64,000 nt of DNA from Nitrospinaceae bacterium (GTDB lineage: Bacteria; Nitrospinota; Nitrospinia; Nitrospinales; Nitrospinaceae), in NCBI GenBank assembly GCA_965237905.1, contig OZ250172.1, forward strand, positions 1,760,001 through 1,824,000. The letters run 5' to 3'. Every line of letters begins with the position of its first letter. Positions within the stretch are counted from its first letter, which is position 1. The position numbers were made by a program, and so were the translations under genes. This document shows, piece by piece, positions 1 through 8,764 of this stretch. The notes under the pieces were generated by a model. It was not told the origin of the DNA. It ran no database searches and worked only from the letters and a program-made list of their open reading frames with translations.

Positions 1-67
1 CGGAGCAAATTGGCACAGGCGTTATAGCTTAATTGCCCCTATATCTTCGCATTCTAAATTTATTGTG

Positions 68-128
68 CCAGCGGAGGTACTCCGCCCAGCGTGACGCTGG
101 ACCCAATTGGCTGAAACGTTGATGGCCA
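68..128. repeat. REP-like composite palindrome (GCGGAG-GTA-CTCCGC plus CCAGCGT-G-ACGCTGG), left copy
   Basis: Hairpin 71-85 abuts palindrome 86-100; 86-115 matches 867-896 with one mismatch. Confidence 0.75.
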
Positions 129-264
129 GACTGATCAAAGAATCATTGAATTTGTGATATTAACCGTATATTCGGGTGCTTTCTTGTGAAATTTGACGCA
201 AGTACCGGAAAATATGAGGTACTCTGATTGCTCCAGCAGATTTTAGTCATTCGGGTCCGGTGCT

Positions 265-810
265 ATGAAAAACCTCATACTTTTATCGGTGATGTTCCTT
301 TTGATCTTGTCTCCCCAACACCAAAGTTCGGCACGTAGCAGTATTCCCACCACCGGAAAACTGGCCGCAGATGTGGACGGCGACGGGCAACTGGATTACC
401 TTACATTCCGGTTAGAGGGCGTAAGAGGCGGTTATAATGGTTCCTTGGCCATCACTTCTTCAAAAGGCAGGAAACTTTGGGAAGATGTCTGGTATTTGTA
501 TCAGAAAGACTTGGAGGAGGTATTGGTTCATGAGGGGAATATTCGCAGAAAAGCGCTAATACTGGGTTTTTTCAAGGGTCAATTAAAATACGGCGGAAAT
601 CTTAAATTTATAAAACTGCGCTACGAGGATTTGCAGGATGACTGGATTAATGATTCTGCCAGTGACAATAATATCGAACCTGAAGAACTTAAAAATCATA
701 TTTTGTCCCAGGATAAAAATACCACTTTGACTTATAGTGCCCAATGGCCTGAAGAACAGGTGCAAATCGTCTATGTGTCCGCACTGAAAAAGTTTGTGAG
801 GTATGCTTAG
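265..810 (+). CDS. Secreted hypothetical protein with DxDGDG Ca-binding-like motif
   Basis: 181 aa ORF, MKN-hydrophobic signal peptide, ADVDGDGQLD motif. Confidence 0.7.
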   Translation: MKNLILLSVMFLLILSPQHQSSARSSIPTTGKLAADVDGDGQLDYLTFRLEGVRGGYNGSLAITSSKGRKLWEDVWYLYQKDLEEVLVHEGNIRRKALILGFFKGQLKYGGNLKFIKLRYEDLQDDWINDSASDNNIEPEELKNHILSQDKNTTLTYSAQWPEEQVQIVYVSALKKFVRYA

Positions 811-846
811 TTCAAGAAATATCCATCCTATTTCCTTCCATCTGTC

Positions 847-909
847 CCAGCGGCACCCGCCGCTGACCAGCGTGACGCTGGACCCAACTGGCTGAAGCTT
901 TGACGGGCA
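847..909. repeat. REP-like composite palindrome, right copy
   Basis: CAGCGGC-ACCC-GCCGCTG hairpin 848-865 then CCAGCGTGACGCTGGACCCAACTGGCTGAA 867-896. Confidence 0.75.
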
Positions 910-1025
910 ACGATAATCTTTGAACGCATTGGCATAGTTATACCAGCCTTACTCCTTTAATATCAATAATATATCCACATTTTTTGTGGCGTCTTTGGCC
1001 CGGCGTATGTTATAAATCTAAAGGC

Positions 1026-1060
1026 CCATGTAACTTATTGATTTTACATGTATTACATGG
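1026..1060. promoter_or_regulatory. Putative IHF site inside a CCATGTAA/TTACATGG inverted repeat
   Basis: 1031-1043 reverse complement AATCAATAAGTTA fits WATCAANNNNTTR; lies upstream of the 1152 gene. Confidence 0.35.
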
Positions 1061-1151
1061 CAAAAAAGGATTTCCGGGATTCTCCCCGGCACCTGCTTCT
1101 TTTCTGATATCAATATAAACCTTAATTAACAATAGGTTAAGGACTCTCGCC

Positions 1152-2360
1152 ATGAACAATGACCAAATTGCCCTCTATCTGAACGATCATCCTGAATTTT
1201 TCAACCAGTACCCGGAACTGCTGGACCGGATTCAATCCATCGCCCCGGAGGACATGCCTCTCAAGCCGGTCAAAACCCTGAACATCGCCGACCGCATTTT
1301 GAAGCGGGCGCAGGCTGATAAGGAGCACATGAAAAACCAGCTGGTCAGCTTCATGGAAATCAGCCAGGCTAACGACAAAATTCAGGAGAACCTGTTCGCG
1401 ATCGACCGCATCATCATGTACAGCCTCAACTTTTCCCAGATGATCGGCCAACTGCGTGAGGAAATCATCACGCGCTTCAAAATTCCGGGAGTCCAGATTA
1501 TTTTGATGGATGGCGACGAGCACTTGATGGAGCGGTGTTTGAAGGAACGTTTGGACAAAAATGCGATCGATGGTTTGCAATTTGTCGACACGAATACCGT
1601 CACCGGCTGGTTTGGTGCCGATCTCAAGCCTGTTCTCCGGGCGGAGATAACGGAGGGCTCGGAAATTTGTGGCGCCACTCCAGAATTGAACATTCAATCG
1701 GAAGCGTTGATCCCGATCATACTGCACGGCAATTTGATCGGAGCCATGGCGTTAGGAAGCGAAAATCCGAACCATTTCCACAAAGGATTGCGTACTGATC
1801 TTCTGGAACGCACCGCCGACAAACTGGGCATTGCCATCGAAAACGTGCTGCTACTCGATCTCATGAAAAACCAGCCGGTGCTGGATTCCAAGACGGGGCT
1901 TTACAATGAGGTTTATCTCGATCCCGTTCTGCGCCGCGAATTCGGCTGGGCTCAATGCTACGGTAAAAGCCTGTCTCTCATTAAAATGCACATTGACTCT
2001 TTTGAGGAACTCGTGAATACTTATGGGAAATCACGCATCAAGAAGGTCTTGCAGGAGGCCGGCAAAGTGCTTGCGGAGAACAGCCGTGGGGGCGATATTA
2101 TGATCAGCGCCGGTGAGGGGGATTTCCTGATTTTACTGCCGGATACGTCGGAACAGGGTGCCGGGCAAATCGCTCAGCGAATCCGAAAAATGTTGATAAC
2201 CCACATGTTTCCGGAACTGGAAAACGATTGCGTGAGGATTATTTTTGGAGTGACTGCCACCTCCGGCAAGGGCATCGAGTCTCCGGCCGATCTATTGGCG
2301 GCGGCTTCGGACGCCTTGGAAAAGGCTAAAGGGCAGAAGGACAGCGCACTGACCGTATGA
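1152..2360 (+). CDS. DUF484 (YigA-like coiled-coil/GAF) protein fused to a degenerate GGDEF domain
   Basis: N-term IALYLNDHPEFFNQYPELL typical of DUF484; C-term DSKTGLYN...SLIKMHIDSF...SAGEGDF is GGDEF-fold without the GG(D/E)EF motif. Confidence 0.75.
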   Translation: MNNDQIALYLNDHPEFFNQYPELLDRIQSIAPEDMPLKPVKTLNIADRILKRAQADKEHMKNQLVSFMEISQANDKIQENLFAIDRIIMYSLNFSQMIGQLREEIITRFKIPGVQIILMDGDEHLMERCLKERLDKNAIDGLQFVDTNTVTGWFGADLKPVLRAEITEGSEICGATPELNIQSEALIPIILHGNLIGAMALGSENPNHFHKGLRTDLLERTADKLGIAIENVLLLDLMKNQPVLDSKTGLYNEVYLDPVLRREFGWAQCYGKSLSLIKMHIDSFEELVNTYGKSRIKKVLQEAGKVLAENSRGGDIMISAGEGDFLILLPDTSEQGAGQIAQRIRKMLITHMFPELENDCVRIIFGVTATSGKGIESPADLLAAASDALEKAKGQKDSALTV

Positions 2361-2884
2361 AGATTCGAAAAGCTACATTAAAAGATGCCGATGCCATTGT
2401 GCATTTGATCAATGTCCACGCGGAAATAGGCCAAATGCTGTTCCGGAGCCGGGAGGATGTGTGTGCCCATATCCGGGATTTCCTGATTGCGGAAAAGGAC
2501 GGACACATTGCCGGTGCCTGCGGACTCAGTTTTGGTCCGGGGCCACTGGTCGAGGTCCGGTCGTTGGCCGTGCTTCCCGACTACTATCGGCAGGGTATCG
2601 GCACCGCCCTGGTCAACGCGTGCATTGTGCAGGCCACGCTGGCGGAGTGCGAACGCATCTTTGTTTTAACCTACGCTATACCTCTATTTGATAAACTCGG
2701 ATTTCGCGTCATCAGCATGGATCAACTGCCCGATAAAATCTGGAAAGATTGCCAGGGATGCCGAAAGCAGGATCACTGCGACGAAACGGCGATGATCCGC
2801 AACCTGGTCCAAGTCGCTTCATCCTCCGATGCAAAAACCCCGGTTGAAGAAGCAAACGGTCCTTTTCTTCCAGTTTCTTCTTAA
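2357..2884 (+). CDS. argA: Short GNAT-type N-acetylglutamate synthase-like acetyltransferase
   Basis: EVRSLAV, RQGIGTAL acetyl-CoA motif, KIWKDCxxC...CDETAM; ATGA overlap with the upstream gene. Confidence 0.7.
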   Translation: MKIRKATLKDADAIVHLINVHAEIGQMLFRSREDVCAHIRDFLIAEKDGHIAGACGLSFGPGPLVEVRSLAVLPDYYRQGIGTALVNACIVQATLAECERIFVLTYAIPLFDKLGFRVISMDQLPDKIWKDCQGCRKQDHCDETAMIRNLVQVASSSDAKTPVEEANGPFLPVSS

Positions 2885-2994
2885 ACTGCAAAAATCAGCC
2901 GCTTTTCAAGCACTCCGTTTTAAAGGTTGAAAAGCCGCCCGGCAAAAAGTAAGATCGTCCCACTCACCCACCCGTTGTTTCAGAAAACATTCCG

Positions 2995-3267
2995 ATGAGC
3001 CTGATTGAAAAAAAGAATTTGAATTACCTGACGACTGTGGAACAGTTTTTCCTGTCGCTCAAGGATTCGGGCCTCCACCTTTCCGCCAACGATACCCATT
3101 TGATCGGCCAATGGGAGGAACGCGGAATACCGGTCGAGCGACTGTGCCGCGCCATTGAATCGGGTTACGAGAAGGCGAGCAAGCAGGAACGATCGCCCAA
3201 CCCGAAATGTTCGCTGACCCGGCTCCAGGATTTCATCGAACAGGAGTTGCAGGGGGCCCCACGATGA
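2995..3267 (+). CDS. Small DnaD/DnaB_2-like protein
   Basis: NYLTTVEQFF...LSANDTHLIGQWEERGIPVERLCRAI pattern; coupled to the downstream ATPase by ATGA overlap. Confidence 0.5.
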   Translation: MSLIEKKNLNYLTTVEQFFLSLKDSGLHLSANDTHLIGQWEERGIPVERLCRAIESGYEKASKQERSPNPKCSLTRLQDFIEQELQGAPR

Positions 3268-4214
3268 CGACTACCAAAGGCAAAACCTCGTCTGACCCGA
3301 AAGAGATCTCCATTGAAGCCAGGAATAAAACGGGTACTGAAATCTGTACCCAGTGCCGCGGTTCCCATTACCTCCTGACTAATCATGAAGGCTACGTTCA
3401 GGGTGAGTTGTGCGCCTGTTTTAATTGCCCCGAATGCGAAGGCCGCGGCCACATCTATATAGAGGACGAAACCGGTATCTCATCCCTGCGCGAATGCGCC
3501 TGTGCAGGGTTGGTGCATCGATTGAAGAAAGTGGGAGAGGCCGGCATCCCTGGGAAATTCGCATCGACAAAACTGGGAACCTACCACCCGATACACGATT
3601 CCCAAAAATTCGCATTACGACAGGCACAGGATTTTGTGAAAGACTTCGGAACCTCACAGCAGGGCCTGTTGTTTATGGGACGGCCGGGGCTGGGCAAAAC
3701 GCATCTGGCGGTATCCGTTATCAAGATGCTGATTCTGGACAAAAGAGCGGATTGCAAATTTGTAGATTTCTTTCAACTGTTGTCGGACATTCGTTTCGGT
3801 TATTCCCAGGACCTTTCCGAACAGGCCATCATCAATCCCTATGTCGCCGCGCCGATTCTGTTGATCGACGAGTTGGCCAAAGGCCGCAATACCGAATGGG
3901 AATTGACCATGCTCGATCAGATCATTTCCAGCCGTTACAACGCCGCCGACAAGATCACTTTGTTTACGACCAACTACTCGGACCAGTCACCCAATCCAAA
4001 AAAGGGTGAGAAAAACGATACGCATAAAGAATTCCGTTCGGGTAACGGCCGAGAGGCTTTGGTATCGGAAGAGACTTTGCAGGACAAAGTGGGAGAGCGG
4101 ATTTACTCACGGCTGGCGGAAATGTGCCGATTTATCAAGCTGGAAGGCATCGACTACCGGCAGGAGATGCAGGGCAAGGAGACCGCCCCCGCCCGATCAC
4201 GCAAAAAGAAATAG
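3264..4214 (+). CDS. DnaC/IstB-like AAA+ ATPase (helicase-loader family) with two N-terminal Cys4 zinc motifs
   Basis: Walker A GRPGLGKTHL, Walker B LLIDEL, TTNY, RIYSRL; CxxC...CxC twice; start moved to ATG 3264. Confidence 0.85.
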   Translation: MTTTKGKTSSDPKEISIEARNKTGTEICTQCRGSHYLLTNHEGYVQGELCACFNCPECEGRGHIYIEDETGISSLRECACAGLVHRLKKVGEAGIPGKFASTKLGTYHPIHDSQKFALRQAQDFVKDFGTSQQGLLFMGRPGLGKTHLAVSVIKMLILDKRADCKFVDFFQLLSDIRFGYSQDLSEQAIINPYVAAPILLIDELAKGRNTEWELTMLDQIISSRYNAADKITLFTTNYSDQSPNPKKGEKNDTHKEFRSGNGREALVSEETLQDKVGERIYSRLAEMCRFIKLEGIDYRQEMQGKETAPARSRKKK

Positions 4215-4324
4215 AACAGAGCAAATTTGGCACCGCAGAGGGTCGGGCAGGAGGAAAAGAAAAAGGCGAGGGTTATAAAAACCTTCGCCTTACTTATTTG
4301 AAATCAGGGTCTGTCACCTGAGAT

Positions 4325-4546
4325 TTAATCCAGAGAATACTCGTCTTTGTCCGCAGATCCGCCCAACCCGTCATTGTTCAGATTCGGCTCACCTTTAGCC
4401 TTCTGGCCTTTGTTTTTCAGGTTCAGGGGAACCTTTTTCTTGAGTCCGCCAAAGTAGTTGTCCCAGTAATCCTTGCTCAGTTTTTTGCTGGGCAGTACTT
4501 TTTTGATCTTCCCCTTTTTGTCTGTGATTTTTACCGGATAAAACAT
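4325..4546 (-). CDS. Small basic hypothetical protein
   Basis: 73 aa ORF with GAGGAGG RBS just upstream. Confidence 0.6.
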   Translation of the reverse strand: MFYPVKITDKKGKIKKVLPSKKLSKDYWDNYFGGLKKKVPLNLKNKGQKAKGEPNLNNDGLGGSADKDEYSLD

Positions 4547-4720
4547 GTTTTGCCTCCTCGCTTTCCTACCCTACCGGAAAAACAAGCCAGGAAACGGCCC
4601 CCAGGGCCGTTACAATCTACTTGTCCTTAATAGGTATATAATGATACGTTTCCCTTACAAATGAGATGCAGGATAACATATAAGGATTCATAAATACTCT
4701 ATATTTTAGCTATTTGGAGG

Positions 4721-5548
4721 ATGATTTTGAACCATTGGGCACGTTTTTCAATGATTTTTGGGCTTTTTTTCCTTATCGGCGGATGCGACAGTGAACTCAA
4801 GGAGCATAAGGGCCACCCGGCTGTGGTCAAGAAGCTGGAAATGCAGAACGACCCGGCTCTGCTGGCCAAGGCCGTGACCGGGAGCGTCACTTTGGACCCC
4901 AAAATAAAGGCCGGTATTCCCGAGGGGTCGGTGCTGTTTATCTATGCGCGAGCTCAGGGAGTCAATTCCGGCCCGCCGGTGGCGGTGAGGAAAATGACCT
5001 TCTTCCAACTGCCGCAGGAATTCTCCATCAGCCCTGCCGACGCGGTGATGACGCAGGACGGGTTCGACGGACCGCTGACCCTGACCGCCCGGCTGGACCG
5101 CGACGGCAATGCCCGTGCCGGTGCGGGAGATATTACCGGATCGCTGGACGTGACGACCGGACAAAAGGGCGTGACTCTGGTGCTGAGTCAGGTGATCGAG
5201 GAGACCGGCAAAAAAGTCACCGGCACCATTTCATTGGACCCCAAGCTCAAGGCTCGACTGCCCGCCAATAAAATTCTGTTCCTGTTCGCCCGTCCCAAGG
5301 GAGTCAAACGCGGCCCGCCCCTGGCGGTGAAACGCATCTTCGCCACCCAATTGCCGCATTCCTTTACTATCGGCCAGTCCGACACCATGATACCCGGTGC
5401 GGAATTTGACGGTCCGATTACGCTGACCGTGCGGCTCGACCAGGACGGCAACGCCAGCCCCGCACCAGGCGATATCGAAGGCACACTCGAAACTCACGCC
5501 GACGCCAAAAATGTGAGACTCGTTTTGAATCATGTGATTGGTGGGTGA
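4721..5548 (+). CDS. Probable lipoprotein with two tandem CcmI/CycH C-terminal Ig-like domains
   Basis: LIGGC lipobox; two copies of VTGxxxLDPK...LFxxAR...GPPxAVxx...QLP...FDGPxTLTxRLDxDGNA; GGAGG RBS. Confidence 0.7.
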   Translation: MILNHWARFSMIFGLFFLIGGCDSELKEHKGHPAVVKKLEMQNDPALLAKAVTGSVTLDPKIKAGIPEGSVLFIYARAQGVNSGPPVAVRKMTFFQLPQEFSISPADAVMTQDGFDGPLTLTARLDRDGNARAGAGDITGSLDVTTGQKGVTLVLSQVIEETGKKVTGTISLDPKLKARLPANKILFLFARPKGVKRGPPLAVKRIFATQLPHSFTIGQSDTMIPGAEFDGPITLTVRLDQDGNASPAPGDIEGTLETHADAKNVRLVLNHVIGG

Positions 5549-5585
5549 GCAACGTTTTCCCGCTTCATCATGGCTCCTGACTCTT

Positions 5586-5690
5586 TTATAACTACCCAAA
5601 ATTCACTTTATAACTACCTTACATAGGGGTTTATCCATTTATAACCACCTGTATATGGATTATAACTAGCTAAAAAAAGTATTATAACTA
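5586..5690 (+). repeat. Five helically phased direct repeats TTATAAC(Y)A
   Basis: Cores at 5586, 5608, 5639, 5660, 5682 (spacing 22, 31, 21, 22). Confidence 0.75.
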
Positions 5691-5726
5691 TTTAGGGGAA
5701 TTGTGCTCAGGGATCAACGTTTGCAG

Positions 5727-6425
5727 TTAACGGTCAACAAGTTCCCCCTCCGGGGAGGAGGCGCAACGGAAGCCGACGTAGTGGTAGCGGTAGATAGGAT
5801 TGCTCAGGATGCGGTGGCTGGAGCGCTGGCTGATGGCGTTATTGCGCCACGACCCGCCGCGCTGGACTTTGCCACCGTGTTCGTGATCACTCGCCGTCCA
5901 TTCCCACACATTGCCTGACATATCGTACAGTCCGAAGGCATTCAGTTTTTTTTCACCGACGGGATGCGTTTGCTTATTGGAGTTCACTTTGTACCAGGCG
6001 TAGGCGTTGTCCATTGTATCTCCCCAATAGTAGGCGGAGGTCGATCCGGCGCGCGCGGCGTGTTCCCATTCCCATTCCGTAGGCAGGCGTTTGCCGACTT
6101 TGCGGCAGTAAGTGTCGGCCTGTTCCCAAGTCACTTTTTCAACAGGACGGTTGCTTCCTTTGAAGAAGGATGGATTCTCTCCTATTACCTTTTCATATTG
6201 TTCCTGGGTGACTTCGTACCGACCGATTAAAAAGGCATCGATTGGAATTTTCCTTTTATCTTTATCAAGCCCCAATATTCCCGCGGGTATCCGCACCATC
6301 CCGGGTTCCTGCAGGGGAGCAGAAATCGCGACGGCAATGTTCCATAGATAAAAGAAAAACAGGAGCGCGATGGATAGCAATATAAAGGAAAAGACGGGAG
6401 GTGGTTTCAAGGGTCTCTCCAACAA
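5727..6425 (-). CDS. Formylglycine-generating enzyme (SUMF1/FGE-sulfatase) domain protein, membrane anchored
   Basis: RLPTEWEWEHAAR, NAFGLYDMSGNVWEW, RGGSW, VGFRC; catalytic Cys pair not evident. Confidence 0.9.
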   Translation of the reverse strand: MLERPLKPPPVFSFILLSIALLFFFYLWNIAVAISAPLQEPGMVRIPAGILGLDKDKRKIPIDAFLIGRYEVTQEQYEKVIGENPSFFKGSNRPVEKVTWEQADTYCRKVGKRLPTEWEWEHAARAGSTSAYYWGDTMDNAYAWYKVNSNKQTHPVGEKKLNAFGLYDMSGNVWEWTASDHEHGGKVQRGGSWRNNAISQRSSHRILSNPIYRYHYVGFRCASSPEGELVDR

Positions 6426-6457
6426 AGTATTGGAGGGTTTAAAGCAGGAGAAAACTA

Positions 6458-6643
6458 TTATTCATTCCCCAGGTCGTGGACATCATCATGGTAAATTTCG
6501 TCGAGGGCGGAATGTTCTTCGGAGGGTACTTTGGTCTTATCAAGATCGGGTAGATCGAGCTTGGCCCATTCTTCCTTCATCTGTTTTTTACTTTTGAAAG
6601 CTACCGGACGCTTTTGCGGCGGTGGGGTGCCTTTTTCGTTCAT
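6458..6643 (-). CDS. Small hypothetical protein
   Basis: 61 aa ORF with AGGAG upstream, same strand as neighbours. Confidence 0.45.
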   Translation of the reverse strand: MNEKGTPPPQKRPVAFKSKKQMKEEWAKLDLPDLDKTKVPSEEHSALDEIYHDDVHDLGNE

Positions 6644-6747
6644 TCCTATGACTCCTATAATGCATGTCCCATTATTTTGACCAGAATGTTCCTTAATGGC
6701 AATGAAATATTTAGGGCCTCAGGCGCATCCAGCGGATCTGGCTGTCA

Positions 6748-8319
6748 TCACACCCAGCCGAAGGTATCGGGAGGCCGCGACCGGCTTCCCACAAACGCGA
6801 AAATGGGTACCAGCACCAGGCATATCTGACTGAAGATATCGCCGTAAGTGGAGTAAAATCCGGGCTCTGAGGTTTGTGGATGAATTTTGGCGATGATCCA
6901 GTCCTCCTCAAAAATTTCAGTGGCATCGACAATCCGGCCATAAGCGTCTACGGTTCCCGAAATTCCGGTATTGGCGGCGCGTACAATGGGGACACGATTT
7001 TCGACAGCCCTCATGGCAACCATGCTCATGTGTTGATACGAAGCGGCGCTTTTACCGAACCAGGCGTCGTTGGTGATGTTGACCAGATAGCCGGCGCCTT
7101 GTTTTACGGGCTGGCGCACCAAGTCCGGAAATATGATTTCGAAGCAGATGGACACGGCAAATCCGTGATCTCCCAGTTGAAATACTTTTGCTTCCTCGCC
7201 CCGCTCGAAATCCCCGATGTTTGCCACCATTTTGTCGATAAAGAACAGAATGGAACGGAATGGAACAAACTCACCGAATGGCACCAGGTGAATTTTATTG
7301 TAACGCCCCAACTGTGCTCCATGACCGGAAAGAAAATATGCGCTGTTATACAGTTGGAGGGGTTGACTTTTGCCCAGGGCAAGTTCCTCTGCGGGTTCTT
7401 TAACGGCGGGGCTTCCCAGGACTATAGGAGTCTGCGCCTGGCGCACGGTATCGACGACATATTGAGTTCCTGCAAAGTCGCGGCCGAAGAAAAAAGGTGT
7501 GACCGCCTCCGGCCATACCATCAGATCCGGTTTGAACACCGCCGCTTTAAGAGTCAGGTTCCGGTAACGGCGGAGGACTTCAGTGCGGTAGGCCGGGTCC
7601 CATTTCATCTTCTGCGGAATATTGCCCTGAATGAGACCCACCCGCACCGGCGGGGTGCTGTAGACGGGTTCCCGCTGTAAGGTCCACCCCCCGTATCCCA
7701 CGCAGAGCAATAAAAGAAGTAAGGTGGAAACGCCGATCCGCTTTCTGTAACTCTTCCAGGCGGGATACTTTCCAAAAGCGGGATGGATGAGGACGAATAA
7801 TCCAGCGTTCACCAAAACGATCAACGCGGTGATTCCATAGACTCCGGTGATCGACGCCATTTGAATGACCGGAAGTGATTGAAACTGGGAATAGCCCAGG
7901 CCCTGCCAGGAAAATCCGTATATGGAATGCGTGGATCGAAGATACTCCAAGGCTGTCCAGGTAACCGGCGCCAGCAGAAAAATATTAACGGGATGGCTCT
8001 TGCTGAAGCGGTTGACCAGATAAGCGAACAGGCCCATGTACAAACTCAAATAAGCCACCAGCAGGCTCAGGATCAGCCAGCTCACCACCATGGGGATGTT
8101 TCCGTAATTGACGAGAGTGTTGATCACCCAGCTCAAGGTGATGAAGTAAAAAACCAGTCCGGCTACGAAACCGAGCTTCAGCGCCCGCCGCGCATTTCCG
8201 CTATAAGTAGCGAAAAGTAAAGGTACAAGGGCGAACCAGGCGAGAAATTCCAGATTAAATCTGGGAAAGGCGAAGGCCAAAAGGAGGCCGCTGATGATCG
8301 CTTTCAGGTAATCCTTCAT
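6748..8319 (-). CDS. lnt: Apolipoprotein N-acyltransferase
   Basis: QGNI, WPE, YNKIHLVPFGEFVP, ICFEIIF, ITNDAWFG, RAANTGIS. Confidence 0.97.
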   Translation of the reverse strand: MKDYLKAIISGLLLAFAFPRFNLEFLAWFALVPLLFATYSGNARRALKLGFVAGLVFYFITLSWVINTLVNYGNIPMVVSWLILSLLVAYLSLYMGLFAYLVNRFSKSHPVNIFLLAPVTWTALEYLRSTHSIYGFSWQGLGYSQFQSLPVIQMASITGVYGITALIVLVNAGLFVLIHPAFGKYPAWKSYRKRIGVSTLLLLLLCVGYGGWTLQREPVYSTPPVRVGLIQGNIPQKMKWDPAYRTEVLRRYRNLTLKAAVFKPDLMVWPEAVTPFFFGRDFAGTQYVVDTVRQAQTPIVLGSPAVKEPAEELALGKSQPLQLYNSAYFLSGHGAQLGRYNKIHLVPFGEFVPFRSILFFIDKMVANIGDFERGEEAKVFQLGDHGFAVSICFEIIFPDLVRQPVKQGAGYLVNITNDAWFGKSAASYQHMSMVAMRAVENRVPIVRAANTGISGTVDAYGRIVDATEIFEEDWIIAKIHPQTSEPGFYSTYGDIFSQICLVLVPIFAFVGSRSRPPDTFGWV

Positions 8320-8411
8320 AGGGGAGGGGGATTAGTGTTAGGTAATGTTCTCGATATCAGATATAGTATTAGGGTTGCGATCCTTACCCTATATTAATAA
8401 GGAAAGCTGGG

Positions 8412-8666
8412 TTGAGTACTCAAAAACAAGTCATCAACAACTTCAAAAAGGTATGTATTTGCCGGAGCGTGACCGGAGGCACCATCATGAAAGCCATTCG
8501 GGAAGGCAGTCTATCCTTTGAAGCCCTGCGACGGGCCATCCGCGTAGGTACCGGTAATTGCAAAGCCAAGCGATGCCGACCCAAAATTGAAGCTACACTG
8601 CAAGCCTACAAGGAATCCCTGGACACTGCCGGCAAGGAAGCGTCCCCATCCAAGGCCAAGGCCTAA
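8412..8666 (+). CDS. BFD-like (2Fe-2S)-binding protein
   Basis: CICRSV...GTGNCKAKRC; TTG start. Confidence 0.75.
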   Translation: MSTQKQVINNFKKVCICRSVTGGTIMKAIREGSLSFEALRRAIRVGTGNCKAKRCRPKIEATLQAYKESLDTAGKEASPSKAKA

Positions 8667-8764
8667 CTCCTGGTTGGCGATACCGTTACCACCCTCCCTA
8701 CTTTTAAGATTATCCCTTAAACAACAAATGGAAGCAACCGCCTTGCGAGGCCGGGTGGGTTCGA

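Noticed and set aside
3264..4214. IS21 IstB call
   Set aside because: No IstA transposase or terminal inverted repeats; zinc motifs fit helicase-loader-like proteins better
5586..5690. oriC or CRISPR interpretation of the TTATAAC array
   Set aside because: Only one weak DnaA-box-like site and no dnaA nearby; repeats and spacers far too short for CRISPR and no cas genes
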